Source of the DNA: Candidatus Iainarchaeum sp.
GTDB taxonomy: Archaea > Iainarchaeota > Iainarchaeia > Iainarchaeales > 0-14-0-20-30-16
Assembly: GCA_028710695.1 (NCBI GenBank)
Contig: JAQTTP010000003.1
Span: forward strand, 8,865 to 72,864
Reading direction: 5' to 3'
DNA: 64,000 bases
The notes beneath the pieces were generated by a model. The model was not told the DNA's origin. It saw nothing but the letters and a program-made list of their open reading frames with translations, and ran no database searches. Position numbers and translations under genes: made by a program. The number at the start of each line of letters is the position of its first letter. Positions within the stretch are counted from its first letter, which is position 1. Below are positions 1-10,090 of the stretch, piece after piece.

Positions 1-804
1 GAAACATTTGAAGAATTTTCAGCAGCTTTTTCTAATAAATTAGAAGTAAAGAATGATGTTTTATTAAATTTTGAAAAAATGGGTGTTGAATCTGAAGAAG
101 AAGCATTAGATAAAATAGGAAAATATGTTGCTCCTGGACAGATTGTAAGTTATAGATTAAGAAGAGCGCAAGAAGTAATTGACTCATTCTTATTGCCTCA
201 CATTGGTCAAGCACCACAGAAGAGATTAATGAAAGGATATTATCTGGCAACAATGGCAGAAAGAGCAATTGAAAGAGCATATGGAAAAAGAACAGAAGAT
301 GATAAAGACAATTATATGAACAAAAAAATTGATATGAGTGGAAAACTTTTAGCTCAGCAATTTAGATATGCTTTCAAATTTTTTGTAAGTGATATAAAAT
401 TCCAGATTGACAGAAATATTGTAAGAAGAAGAAAATTGAACATAAATACAGTAATAAGGCCAAGTGCTTTGACAGATAGACTTAATTTTGCAATGGCAAC
501 AGGAAGCTGGGCAGCAAGATTGCAAGGTGTTTCAAAGTATGTTGAAAAAATCAACTGGCTATCTAATTATATTGAATTAAGAAGAGTAAGATCAACTCTT
601 GACAGAACTAGGGAAAACTATGAAGCAAGAGATGTTCATGGCTCAGCTTTGGGAAGAATTTGCCCAATACAAACTCCGGACGGACCTATGTGTGGTTTAG
701 CAAAGAACTTAGCATTGATGTCAAAAGTTACAAATGAAATTGATTCTGATTCCGTTCAAGAAATTGTAACTAAATTAGGGGTTGTTGAAAGGAGCAAAAA
801 GTAA
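1..804 (+). CDS. rpoB2: DNA-directed RNA polymerase subunit B'' (C-terminal part; 5' end outside window)
   Basis: Frame 1 is open from nt 1 up to the track ATG at 79. Conserved beta-subunit segment GRICPIQTPDGPMCGLAKNLALM. Ends 11 nt before the B' ORF, giving the split B''/B' layout typical of archaea. Confidence 0.85.
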   Translation, partial: ETFEEFSAAFSNKLEVKNDVLLNFEKMGVESEEEALDKIGKYVAPGQIVSYRLRRAQEVIDSFLLPHIGQAPQKRLMKGYYLATMAERAIERAYGKRTEDDKDNYMNKKIDMSGKLLAQQFRYAFKFFVSDIKFQIDRNIVRRRKLNINTVIRPSALTDRLNFAMATGSWAARLQGVSKYVEKINWLSNYIELRRVRSTLDRTRENYEARDVHGSALGRICPIQTPDGPMCGLAKNLALMSKVTNEIDSDSVQEIVTKLGVVERSKK

Positions 805-815
805 CTGGTGGTACT

Positions 816-2621
816 ATGGATCAAGCAAAAGTTTATTTTGATGGAAGCTTACTTGGGTTTTACGAAGATCCTAAGAAATTAATGAAAGAAATAAAGAAAC
901 TTAGGCGAGAAAACAAGTTGAGTAGTAGTGTTAACATAAGTTACATGGACAGCACAAATGAAGTTTATATTAATACAAGTGCAGGAAGAATACAAAGACC
1001 ATTAATAGTTGTTGAAAATGGAAAACCAAAAGTTACTCCTGAGCACATAGAAAAAGTAAAAAAAGGAACTTTGACATTTGAAGATTTAGTAAAAAATGGA
1101 TTAGTTGAGTACCTGGATGCAGAGGAAGAAGATATTGCATTAGTTGCTATTTTTGAAAAAGATATAACAAAAGACCACACACACCTAGAATTAGACCCTG
1201 TTGTTTTATTTGGATTTGTAGTTGGAATGATTCCATATGTAAATCAGAATTCACCGGGTAAATCATTGCACGGAGCAAAGATGTTTAAACAGGCGGTAGG
1301 TTATTGTAGTCCAAACCAAGGATATAGAGTTGATACTGATTCTTATGAATTATATTATCCACAAAAGCACTTAGTAAAAACAAAAGTAATGGACTTATTT
1401 AATTCTGATGAGAGGCCAGTAATTCAAAATTTTGTTGTTGCAATTATGCCTTATTATGGTTATAACATGCAAGATGCTGTAATACTAAATAAAGGTGCAA
1501 TAGATAGAGGATTAGGGAGACTATCTTATTATAGAACTTATACTTCTGAAGAAACAATTTATCCCGGTGGATTAAAAGATTCAATTTGCTATCCAGATGA
1601 AGATGTAGATGACTATTTGGGTCTAGAAGCATATTCTGTTTTGGGTTCAGATGGAATTGCAGAAGTAGAAACATTTGTTTCAAGAAAAAATGTGATTATT
1701 GGAAAAACAAGTCCACCAAAATATGTTGAAGAAATTTCAGAATTTGGTGTATTAAAAGAAAAAAGAATAGACAGTTCAATGGAAATAAGAAAAAATAAAG
1801 AAGGATATGTTGATAAAGTATTTTTGAACAGCGACGGAATTGCAAAAAGAATAAAAGTAAAAATAAGAACTCCAAAAATCCCGGAACTTGGAGATAAATT
1901 TGCTTCCAAGCATGGACAGAAAGGTGTTGTAGGTTATGTTGCTAATGAGGAAGACATGCCTTTTAGTGTAAATGGCTTGAAGCCAGATTTGATACTGAAC
2001 CCACACTCAATTCCATCAAGAATGACTGTTGGTCACTTAGTTGAAATGCTTGCAGGAACTGCTGCTTGTGCGTCAGGAAAAGAAGTTGATGGAACAGTAT
2101 ATTCTGGTTCTAATGTTGAAGATTTGAAAAAGATATTAGCGGATAATGGATTTTCTCCAACTGGAACAGAAACTTTTTATGACGGTTTAACAGGTAAAAA
2201 AGTTGTTGGAGAAGTATTTACTGGACAAATTTCTTATAGAAGATTATACCACTTTGTTTCACATAAGATGCAGGCAAGATCAAGAGGTCCTGTGCAAATG
2301 TTAACAAGGCAACCTACTGAAGGAATGGAAAAAGAAGGTGGATTAAAATTCGGAGAGATGGAAACCGATTGTTTAATTGGTTATGGAGCAACAATGTTGT
2401 TGAATGAGAAATTATTGGACGACTCAGATAAAATTGTTGTGCCTGTTTGTAAAAGATGTGGTATTGTTGCTGTTAGCGATAATGTCCAGAAAAAAACTTA
2501 TTGTAATATGTGTAATAAATCAGAAATCGTAAGGGTTGCAATGCCATATGCATTCAAAATCTTTATGGATGAACTGAGGGCTTTGATGATTTATCCGAGG
2601 CTTTCTGTTAAGGAGTTCTAA
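816..2621 (+). CDS. rpoB1: DNA-directed RNA polymerase subunit B'
   Basis: 601 aa. Motifs GDKFASKHGQKGVVG, RSRGPVQMLTRQPTEG, GGLKFGEMETDCL and a C-terminal Cys4 zinc ribbon (CKRCG...CNMCN). Confidence 0.95.
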   Translation: MDQAKVYFDGSLLGFYEDPKKLMKEIKKLRRENKLSSSVNISYMDSTNEVYINTSAGRIQRPLIVVENGKPKVTPEHIEKVKKGTLTFEDLVKNGLVEYLDAEEEDIALVAIFEKDITKDHTHLELDPVVLFGFVVGMIPYVNQNSPGKSLHGAKMFKQAVGYCSPNQGYRVDTDSYELYYPQKHLVKTKVMDLFNSDERPVIQNFVVAIMPYYGYNMQDAVILNKGAIDRGLGRLSYYRTYTSEETIYPGGLKDSICYPDEDVDDYLGLEAYSVLGSDGIAEVETFVSRKNVIIGKTSPPKYVEEISEFGVLKEKRIDSSMEIRKNKEGYVDKVFLNSDGIAKRIKVKIRTPKIPELGDKFASKHGQKGVVGYVANEEDMPFSVNGLKPDLILNPHSIPSRMTVGHLVEMLAGTAACASGKEVDGTVYSGSNVEDLKKILADNGFSPTGTETFYDGLTGKKVVGEVFTGQISYRRLYHFVSHKMQARSRGPVQMLTRQPTEGMEKEGGLKFGEMETDCLIGYGATMLLNEKLLDDSDKIVVPVCKRCGIVAVSDNVQKKTYCNMCNKSEIVRVAMPYAFKIFMDELRALMIYPRLSVKEF

Positions 2622-2630
2622 GGTGAGATT

Positions 2631-5237
2631 ATGTTAGCAAAAATAAACGGATTAAAATTTGGAATTTTGCCCCCAGACCAAGTAAGAAAAATGTCTGTGA
2701 TAGAAGTAAAAACTCACGAACTCTATGATAAAGATGGCTATCCAATTGAGGGTGGAATAATGGACCCACATTTGGGAGTTGTTGAAAAAGGAAGAAAGTG
2801 TAAAACTTGTGGAAACGCAGTTGATAGATGTCACGGACATTTTGGACATCTAGAGTTAGTTAGACCAGTTGTGCACGCAGGATATTATAGAAAAGTAGAA
2901 CAATTAGTTTTTTCAACTTGTAAAGGTTGTGGAAGAGCATTATTAACTGCAGAAGAATTAACTGCAGCAAAAAAAATAAAAGAATTAGAAATAAGAATGA
3001 AATATATTTTAGCAAAATCTGCAACTAAAAAAACATGTCCTTATTGTGGTGAAACAAAATTAGTTTACAGATTGGATCCTCCAACAAATTTTTCTATTGT
3101 AAATGAAAGTTCTGAAGAAGATATGAAAAGATTATACCCAACAGAAATAAGAGAATGGTTTGAAAAATTGCAAGATGATGATTTAGCAATCTTTGGGTAT
3201 AAAGATTTGAGACCAGAATGGTTTATACTTACTGTTTTGCCAATACCGCCAGTTTCATTGCATCCATCAATTGTTTTAGAAACTGGAACAAGATCAGAAG
3301 ATGATCTAACATTCAAATTAGTTGATATAATACTAAATAATAATAGATTAAGAGATAATATAAATGCTGGAGCACCACAATTAATGATAGAGGATTTGTG
3401 GAATCTTTTGCAACACAATATTACAACTTATTTTAACAACAATACTCCTGCTGTGCCTCCATCTAAACATAGATCAGGAAGATTACTTAAGACATTAGTT
3501 CAAAGAATAAAAGGAAAAACTGGAATTATAAGACAGAACTTAATGGGAAAGAGAGTAAACTTTGCAGCAAGATCTACAATTACTCCAGATATTTTTATTA
3601 AGCCTGATGAAGTTGGAGTTCCTGTTGCTTTTGCAGAAGAACTAACTGTTGCAGAAAAAGTTACAGATTATAATGTTGAAGCAATGAGAGAACTAATAAA
3701 GAATACGGCATTGGTAAGATATGTAATAAAGAAAGTTGGTGGAAGAAAGAAAGTAATTGATATAGTAAAAGATAGTATCTCAACTGAACTTGAAGCAGGG
3801 GATATAATTGAAAGAGTTCTAAAAAACGGGGACGAAGTTTTATTTAATAGATATCCATCATTGCACAGAGTTTCTATAATGACACATAAGGTAAAAATAG
3901 TTGACGGAAAGGCAATTAGAATGCACCCAACAACTTGTAAGCCTTATAACGCAGACCACGATGGAGATGAAATGAACATCCACGTTCCACAAAGGGAAGA
4001 AGGAAAAACAGAAGCAATAGAACTTTTAAGTGTTGAAAAAAACATAATATCTCCAAGAGATGGATCAATAATTGTTATCCCAATTGAAGATATTGTTTCT
4101 GGTGCATTCATTTTAACATTGCCAACAACAAAAATTTCTAGAGAAGACGCAATGAACTATTTTAATATTGCAGGAATTGACAAGATTCCAAAACCAGATT
4201 TGGGAGATTACTATTCTGGAAAAGTAATATTTAGTTCATTACTTCCAAAAGGAATAAATCTAAGATATCTTTCAGATGTAAATAGATTTGTTGATGCGGA
4301 AAAGAAAACAAATAAACAAATAAAAGATGCAGTAGAAGTAATAATTGAAGATGGTGAATTAAAACAAGGAATGATTGATAAAAAAGGTTTAGCAAGTGGT
4401 TCTGCAAAAATAATATTTGCTATCCAAAGAAAGCACGGAAATACAGCAGTAATTGACTTTTACAATAAACTTACAAGAGTTGCATTAGATGTTTGTACAA
4501 GATATGGATTAACAACAGCAATTGACGACAATGCAATGCAAAAAGACTTCTATACTTGGAAAGAAAAAAAGATGGAAGAGCTTGTAGATGTTTCTTTAGA
4601 TTTAGAAAAAAGATATAAGAATAGATCATTAGAAAAAATGCCTGGAAAGAACATACACAATTCATTTGAGGCATATATTATGAGAGAGGGATACTCAACA
4701 AAGAAAGAAATTGAGTCCAGAATTGTTGGAAAACTTATTGACAATATTTTTGTTGATGAACCAAAGTTTAATTCTTTGATTATGATCCTAAGTGGAGCTA
4801 GAGGAAAGGTAGACAACTTAACAAACATGGGTGGAACTGTTGGGCAGGCAGCTGTAAGAGAGAAGAGGCCATCAAGAGGATTCACAGATAGAGTTTTAAG
4901 TTACTACAAAAGAGATATGGACTCTGCACTACCAAGAGGATACATCACAAAATCATATTATGAGGGATTGCTTCCACACGAGTTATACTTTATGAGTATG
5001 GGTGCAAGACAGGGAGAAGTTGATACTGGTGTTTCAACAAAAATCTCAGGATATTTGTATAGAAGAATATCACACGCAACAAGAGATTTATTCACTGCTG
5101 AAGACCTAAGTGTAAGAAACACAGACAACAAAATAATACAATTTATGTACGGTGAAGATGGAATATATCCTCAGAATTTAGAGGGCCGTGATCTGGTTGG
5201 AGATAGTTTCTTTTCAGATTATATAAAGAAGAAGTGA
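2631..5237 (+). CDS. rpoA1: DNA-directed RNA polymerase subunit A'
   Basis: 868 aa. N-terminal zinc motif CKTCGNAVDRCHGHFGHLEL. Catalytic loop reads YNADHDGDEMNIHVPQ, with His where Phe is expected. RQNLMGKRVNFAARS also present. Confidence 0.95.
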   Translation: MLAKINGLKFGILPPDQVRKMSVIEVKTHELYDKDGYPIEGGIMDPHLGVVEKGRKCKTCGNAVDRCHGHFGHLELVRPVVHAGYYRKVEQLVFSTCKGCGRALLTAEELTAAKKIKELEIRMKYILAKSATKKTCPYCGETKLVYRLDPPTNFSIVNESSEEDMKRLYPTEIREWFEKLQDDDLAIFGYKDLRPEWFILTVLPIPPVSLHPSIVLETGTRSEDDLTFKLVDIILNNNRLRDNINAGAPQLMIEDLWNLLQHNITTYFNNNTPAVPPSKHRSGRLLKTLVQRIKGKTGIIRQNLMGKRVNFAARSTITPDIFIKPDEVGVPVAFAEELTVAEKVTDYNVEAMRELIKNTALVRYVIKKVGGRKKVIDIVKDSISTELEAGDIIERVLKNGDEVLFNRYPSLHRVSIMTHKVKIVDGKAIRMHPTTCKPYNADHDGDEMNIHVPQREEGKTEAIELLSVEKNIISPRDGSIIVIPIEDIVSGAFILTLPTTKISREDAMNYFNIAGIDKIPKPDLGDYYSGKVIFSSLLPKGINLRYLSDVNRFVDAEKKTNKQIKDAVEVIIEDGELKQGMIDKKGLASGSAKIIFAIQRKHGNTAVIDFYNKLTRVALDVCTRYGLTTAIDDNAMQKDFYTWKEKKMEELVDVSLDLEKRYKNRSLEKMPGKNIHNSFEAYIMREGYSTKKEIESRIVGKLIDNIFVDEPKFNSLIMILSGARGKVDNLTNMGGTVGQAAVREKRPSRGFTDRVLSYYKRDMDSALPRGYITKSYYEGLLPHELYFMSMGARQGEVDTGVSTKISGYLYRRISHATRDLFTAEDLSVRNTDNKIIQFMYGEDGIYPQNLEGRDLVGDSFFSDYIKKK

Positions 5238-5242
5238 TAATT

Positions 5243-6373
5243 ATGACTGGTTTGCCATTGAACGTTCAAAATAAGATAAGCAAATATGTTGAAAAACGTA
5301 AGCTAAGCAAGGACGACGAAAAAGAATTACATAAAAGAGCAAAAATTCTTTATGAAGATTCTAAAGTAACTCCTTATGACACAGTGGGTTTATTAGCAGC
5401 ACACTCAATGGCAGAGCCTGCTACTCAGATGGTTTTAAGAACAAAGCACTTCGCAGGTGCTGCGGAAGTATCTGTTGGATCAGGAATAGAAATTCTATCA
5501 TCTTTAGTTGATGCAAGAAGTAAGGTAAGGTATCCAATAATGCACGTTCATCTAAAAGGGGAACTGGCAAAAGATGAGAAGAAAGCAAAAGAATGTATGA
5601 GCCACTTGGTTTATTCTGTGTTGGCTGATGTTACTGAAATAACTGAGGATTTGGAAACAAAGAAAATCACTGTAAAAATTGATAATAAAGCTCTTGCGGA
5701 AAGAGGTCTAGAAAAAACAGAAATATTTGAACTTTTGAAGAAACAATACAAGAAAAAAGCAACCGACGAAAAGGATACAGTAACAATATTATTTGATGAT
5801 GTTAACCTGCAAACAATAAGAAAAAATTTCTTAAAGTTAAGGAAAATGAAGATCACTGGTCTTGAAGGGATTACCGAAGCAATACTTTTAAAAGATGATG
5901 GTGAATATTATATTACTACTGAGGGCAGCAATCTAAAGGGAGTCTTCGAGTTAGATTTTGTTGATACCGACAAAACATATACTAATGATGTAATGGAAAC
6001 TGCCAAGGTTTTGGGCATAGAAGCCGCAAGGCAGTTGCTTGTTAATGAATTGGTAAAAGTTTACCAAGATAACAACATTAGTATTGACGCAAGACATCTG
6101 CTTTTATTGGCGGATGTAATGTGCTTCGAAGGAATTATTAGAGGAACAGTAAGATCCGGAATAGTAAGCACTAAGGAAAGTCCACTTGCAAGAGCATCTT
6201 TTGAACAAACTGAAAAAGTTTTATTTGATGCGGCTTTTGCAGGGGAAAATGAGAAGTTTAAAGGTATTATTGAAAACATTTTGGCAGGTTTGCCAATTAA
6301 TGTTGGTGTAGGAAGAATAGAATTAGTTATGGATAATCTTGGGAAAAAAGAAAAAGTAAAAGGTGGTAAGTAA
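5243..6373 (+). CDS. rpoA2: DNA-directed RNA polymerase subunit A''
   Basis: Follows A' directly. Motifs GLLAAHSMAEPATQMVLRTKHFAG and SPLARASFEQT. ATG 5243 preferred over the in-frame GTG 5234, which is part of the GTGAT SD motif. Confidence 0.9.
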   Translation: MTGLPLNVQNKISKYVEKRKLSKDDEKELHKRAKILYEDSKVTPYDTVGLLAAHSMAEPATQMVLRTKHFAGAAEVSVGSGIEILSSLVDARSKVRYPIMHVHLKGELAKDEKKAKECMSHLVYSVLADVTEITEDLETKKITVKIDNKALAERGLEKTEIFELLKKQYKKKATDEKDTVTILFDDVNLQTIRKNFLKLRKMKITGLEGITEAILLKDDGEYYITTEGSNLKGVFELDFVDTDKTYTNDVMETAKVLGIEAARQLLVNELVKVYQDNNISIDARHLLLLADVMCFEGIIRGTVRSGIVSTKESPLARASFEQTEKVLFDAAFAGENEKFKGIIENILAGLPINVGVGRIELVMDNLGKKEKVKGGK

Positions 6374-6678
6374 TGGCATTCATGGATCAATTAAGAAACG
6401 CAATAAGAAGTGGAAAATTTGCTTATGGGACAAGACAAAGCGAAGAACAGATCTTGACTGGAAAAGCAAAGGCAATAATTCTATCAGAAAAAGCAGAAGA
6501 ATTAATGGTTGAAAGAATAAAATATTTAGCAGAAGTTGGAAAGATTCCAATAAAAGTATTGAATTTGTCAACTAAAGAACTTGGTGAGACATTCACATTG
6601 GCTTACCCAGTATCAGTTGCAGTAGTTTTAGATGAAGGAGATTCAAAGATAATTTCAGAGATAAAGACTGAAAAATAA
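6373..6678 (+). CDS. rpl30e: 50S ribosomal protein L30e
   Basis: 101 aa, L7Ae/L30e-like sequence ([26 protein letters not shown]). Sits in the conserved position after rpoA''. Confidence 0.8.
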   Translation: MAFMDQLRNAIRSGKFAYGTRQSEEQILTGKAKAIILSEKAEELMVERIKYLAEVGKIPIKVLNLSTKELGETFTLAYPVSVAVVLDEGDSKIISEIKTEK

Positions 6679-6700
6679 ATTTATTTTTAAAGTGATTTTT

Positions 6701-7132
6701 ATGGGTAGTGGAGAATACGCAGCAGGACAATTACAAAAGAAAAGAAAAAAATGGAGAAAGAAATCAAAGAAATACTTAAAACAAGCTGAAAGACGGCAAA
6801 ACCAGTTCAAAGGTGCTCTTAAAGGCGCTCCAATGGGCAGTGGAATTGTTATTGGTAAGAAAGCTGTTGAAGCTAGGCAGCCAAACTCAGCTTTGAGAAA
6901 ATGTGTTGTTGTTCAACTTAAGAAAAATGGAATAAAAGTTGCTGCATTTGCTCCAAGAGATAAAGCAATAACTTTTATTGATGAGCACGACGAAGTAGTA
7001 ATTTCCGGAATTAACGGAAAGAAAGGTGGGCCTTATGGAGATCTATGGGGTGTAAGATACAAGGTTGAAAAAGTAAACAACATTTCCCTAGAGATGCTAA
7101 GGACTAAGAGAAAAGAAAAAGTAAGAAGGTAA
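6701..7132 (+). CDS. rps12: 30S ribosomal protein S12
   Basis: Motif [26 protein letters not shown]. Operon position fits. ATG 6701 lies behind SD GTGAT at 6692-6696. Confidence 0.9.
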   Translation: MGSGEYAAGQLQKKRKKWRKKSKKYLKQAERRQNQFKGALKGAPMGSGIVIGKKAVEARQPNSALRKCVVVQLKKNGIKVAAFAPRDKAITFIDEHDEVVISGINGKKGGPYGDLWGVRYKVEKVNNISLEMLRTKRKEKVRR

Positions 7133-7154
7133 AGGCTAAAAATTGGGTGAAAAT

Positions 7155-7757
7155 ATGCTTAAAATGTTTGATAAATGGGCTTGTAATGAAGTTAAGGTTG
7201 CTGATCCTGGGCTTGCAAAGTATTTAGGATTGGAAGATATGTTAATCCCACATACTTTTGGTGCGGAATCTGGCAGGAAATATGTTAAAAAAAGTATAAA
7301 TGTTGTTGAAAGACTTGTTAACAAGCTGATGAGAACTGGCCAAGGAAAGAAAAAACTTGGTGGTAAATTTATAAGAGGTAGAGGCTACCCAGCAAACAAA
7401 TTAAAAGTTATGAAAATTGTTGAAACTGCTTTTGCAATTGTTGAAGAAAAAACAAAAAGCAACCCAATACAGCAATTGGCAATGGCTATTCAAAATAGTA
7501 GTCCAAGAGAAGATGTAACAAGATTAAAAAAAGGAGGAGTTGCATACTCTGAATCAGTAGATATTTCTCCAATAAGAAGATTAGATGAAGCAATAAAAAA
7601 TATTGCACTTGCTGCTTTTGCAACATCATTTGACAATAATAAAAGCGCAGCTGATGCTTTGGCAGAAGAAATATTGCTTGCTGCAAAGAATGATAATAAA
7701 AGTTATGCAGTAAGAAGAAAAGATGAAATGGAAAGAATTGCAAAGTCTTCAAGATAA
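7155..7757 (+). CDS. rps7: 30S ribosomal protein S7
   Basis: N-terminus FDKW..EVKVADPGL and motif NPIQQLAMAIQNSSPRED. Operon position fits. The exact start (7155 or 7164) is uncertain. Confidence 0.9.
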   Translation: MLKMFDKWACNEVKVADPGLAKYLGLEDMLIPHTFGAESGRKYVKKSINVVERLVNKLMRTGQGKKKLGGKFIRGRGYPANKLKVMKIVETAFAIVEEKTKSNPIQQLAMAIQNSSPREDVTRLKKGGVAYSESVDISPIRRLDEAIKNIALAAFATSFDNNKSAADALAEEILLAAKNDNKSYAVRRKDEMERIAKSSR

Positions 7758-7803
7758 TAGCTAATAATTATGTGAATGTTTTGAAATGTTTTAAGTGATT
7801 TTG

Positions 7804-10002
7804 ATGGTAAGAAAAGAAGATGTAGTAAAGATTGCAGGAAAATTGATGGACGATTCAAAGTTTGTAAGAAACATCGGAATTGTTGCACACATTGACCACG
7901 GTAAAACAACTTTATCAGACAATATGATTGCAGCAAACGGATTAATTTCCCAAGAACTTTCCGGTAAACAATGTTTCATGGATTCCTACTCTTTAGAACA
8001 GGAGAGAGGAATCACAATTAACGCATCTAATATTTCATTAATCTCAAAAATAGATGGTACAGATTATCTAATTAATTTAATTGACACCCCAGGTCACGTA
8101 GACTTTGGAGGAGATGTAATTAGAGCAATGAGAGCAGTTGATGGTGCTGTTGTTGTTATTGATATTGTTGAAGGTGTAATGCCTCAGACAGAAACAGTTT
8201 TAAAAGAAGCATTAAGAGAATATGTAAAGCCAATTTTATTCTTTAATAAAGTTGATAGATTAGTTAATGAATTAAAAATTGATTTTGATGAAATGCAAAG
8301 AAGATTTGTAAAAGTTATATCTGCAGTGAATCAAATAATTCTAAAGAACGCACCAGAAGAATTTAGGGATAAATGGCAAGTTAAAGTTCAAGATGATAGT
8401 GTTGGATTTGGTTCAGCATATAACAATTGGGCAGTAACTATGTCTTCAATGCAGAAAACAAAAATTGGATTTAAAGATGTTTATGAATTCTGTCAAAAAG
8501 GAGATCAAAAAACACTTGCACAAAAAAGCCCTTTAGCAGAAGTATTAATTGGAATGGTTGTTAAGCATATACCTAACCCAATACAAGCTCAGAAATACAG
8601 AGTTCCAAAAATTTGGAAAGGAGATTTAACTTCCGAAGAAGGAAAAGCAATGCTAAATTGTGATCCAAACGGCCCTTTTGCAATGATGGTAACAGATGTT
8701 GTTGTTGACCCTCACGCAGGAGATGTTGTAACTGGAAGAATATTTTCAGGACGAGTTAACAAGGGAGATGAACTTATATTAGTTGGCCAAAACAAGAAAG
8801 CAAAGATACAGCAAATGGCTTTATTTATGGGGCCTGACAGAATTCCAATTGATGGATTATCTGCAGGAAACATAGGATCTATTCTTGGATTAAAAGAGGC
8901 ATACGCAGGAAATGCAATTGCTTCAAAAGAGATACAAGAATTTGAGCAATTTATGACTAATGTTGAACCAGTTATTACAATGTCAGTAGAAGCAAAGGAT
9001 CCAAAACAACTTCCTAAACTTATTGAAGCTGTAAAGCAAGTTGTGAAAGAAGATCCAAATGTAAGAGTAAACATAAACCCAGACACTGGAGAGCACTTGA
9101 TTTCTGGAATGGGAGAATTGCACTTAGAAATTGTAAGATATAGATTAGAGCACGATATGAAAATACCTTTGGATGTAAGTCCACCAATTGTATTGTACAA
9201 TGAAGCAATAACTAAACAATCACAATTGATTTGGGCAAAATCACCAAACAAGCACAACAAGTTTAAGATGATTATTCAGCCAGTTCCACCTGCAGTATTA
9301 GAAAAACTGAAGGAATTCAAGCTTAATGGAAAGATTAGAGAAAACAAAGATGAAGACAAGATCCAAAAGCTTATGGAAGCAGGAATTGAAAAAGAAGAAG
9401 CTAAGAAAACTTGGGCTTTGAATAATAATTCTTTAATAATAAATAGAACTAGAGGTGTAATCCACATAGGTGAAGTTAAAGAACTTTTAGTTCAAGCATT
9501 TATGGAAGCCACAAATGAAGGCCCATTAGCTAAAGAAAAAGTATGTGGAATAATTATTTATATTGAGGATGCAATATTGCACGAGGATGCAATACACAGA
9601 GGCCCAGCACAGATAATCCCTTGTATGACAAGAGGAATTTATGCCGGATTGATGACTGCAGATCCAATTATATTGGAGCCAAAGCAGAAATTGTTTATCA
9701 CAATACCAAATGATTTCATGGGTTCAATGACAAAAGAACTACAATCAAGAAGAGTTCAGATGGAAGACATGAAGACAGAGGGTGATGACACAATTATAAT
9801 TACTAAGGCACCAGTAAGAGAATTAATTGGGTTTAGTGCAGCAGCAAGAGCAGCATCCCAAGGAAGGGCAATCTGGACTGCAGAGTACTGGGGTTATGAA
9901 CCATTACCTAAGGAATTGCAGAAGAAGGTTGTTGCTGAAATAAGAACAAGAAAAGGAATGGATCCTGAACCAAAGAGAGCAGAAGAATATATGGATGAGT
10001 AA
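7804..10002 (+). CDS. fusA: Elongation factor 2 (aEF-2)
   Basis: G motifs AHIDHGKTTLSD, DTPGHVDF and NKVDR. Diphthamide-site context HEDAIHRGPAQ, with the His codon at 9595-9597. Confidence 0.95.
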   Translation: MVRKEDVVKIAGKLMDDSKFVRNIGIVAHIDHGKTTLSDNMIAANGLISQELSGKQCFMDSYSLEQERGITINASNISLISKIDGTDYLINLIDTPGHVDFGGDVIRAMRAVDGAVVVIDIVEGVMPQTETVLKEALREYVKPILFFNKVDRLVNELKIDFDEMQRRFVKVISAVNQIILKNAPEEFRDKWQVKVQDDSVGFGSAYNNWAVTMSSMQKTKIGFKDVYEFCQKGDQKTLAQKSPLAEVLIGMVVKHIPNPIQAQKYRVPKIWKGDLTSEEGKAMLNCDPNGPFAMMVTDVVVDPHAGDVVTGRIFSGRVNKGDELILVGQNKKAKIQQMALFMGPDRIPIDGLSAGNIGSILGLKEAYAGNAIASKEIQEFEQFMTNVEPVITMSVEAKDPKQLPKLIEAVKQVVKEDPNVRVNINPDTGEHLISGMGELHLEIVRYRLEHDMKIPLDVSPPIVLYNEAITKQSQLIWAKSPNKHNKFKMIIQPVPPAVLEKLKEFKLNGKIRENKDEDKIQKLMEAGIEKEEAKKTWALNNNSLIINRTRGVIHIGEVKELLVQAFMEATNEGPLAKEKVCGIIIYIEDAILHEDAIHRGPAQIIPCMTRGIYAGLMTADPIILEPKQKLFITIPNDFMGSMTKELQSRRVQMEDMKTEGDDTIIITKAPVRELIGFSAAARAASQGRAIWTAEYWGYEPLPKELQKKVVAEIRTRKGMDPEPKRAEEYMDE

Positions 10003-10090
10003 CCTAAAGAAAAAAGGTATTTGTTTTTATAGGTTTTGGACCAGAAAAATATGAGATATATTTAATGAGGAGTTATAAGGAGGAGTTAAT

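Noticed and set aside
5234-5242. GTG/TTG start codons giving MIIM, MIFM, MILM, MIVM and similar N-termini in the ORF track.
   Set aside because: The GTG is part of the GTGAT Shine-Dalgarno motif. The ATG 2-4 codons downstream is the more plausible start and matches homolog N-termini.
8712-9260. Long antisense ORFs inside core genes. Examples are 8712-9260 opposite fusA, 3065-3418 and 4550-4885 opposite rpoA', 1613-1909 opposite rpoB', and 37239-37862 opposite trm1.
   Set aside because: They lie entirely within strongly supported conserved genes on the other strand. Their translations are low-complexity with no recognisable motifs. They are typical shadow ORFs of an AT-rich genome.
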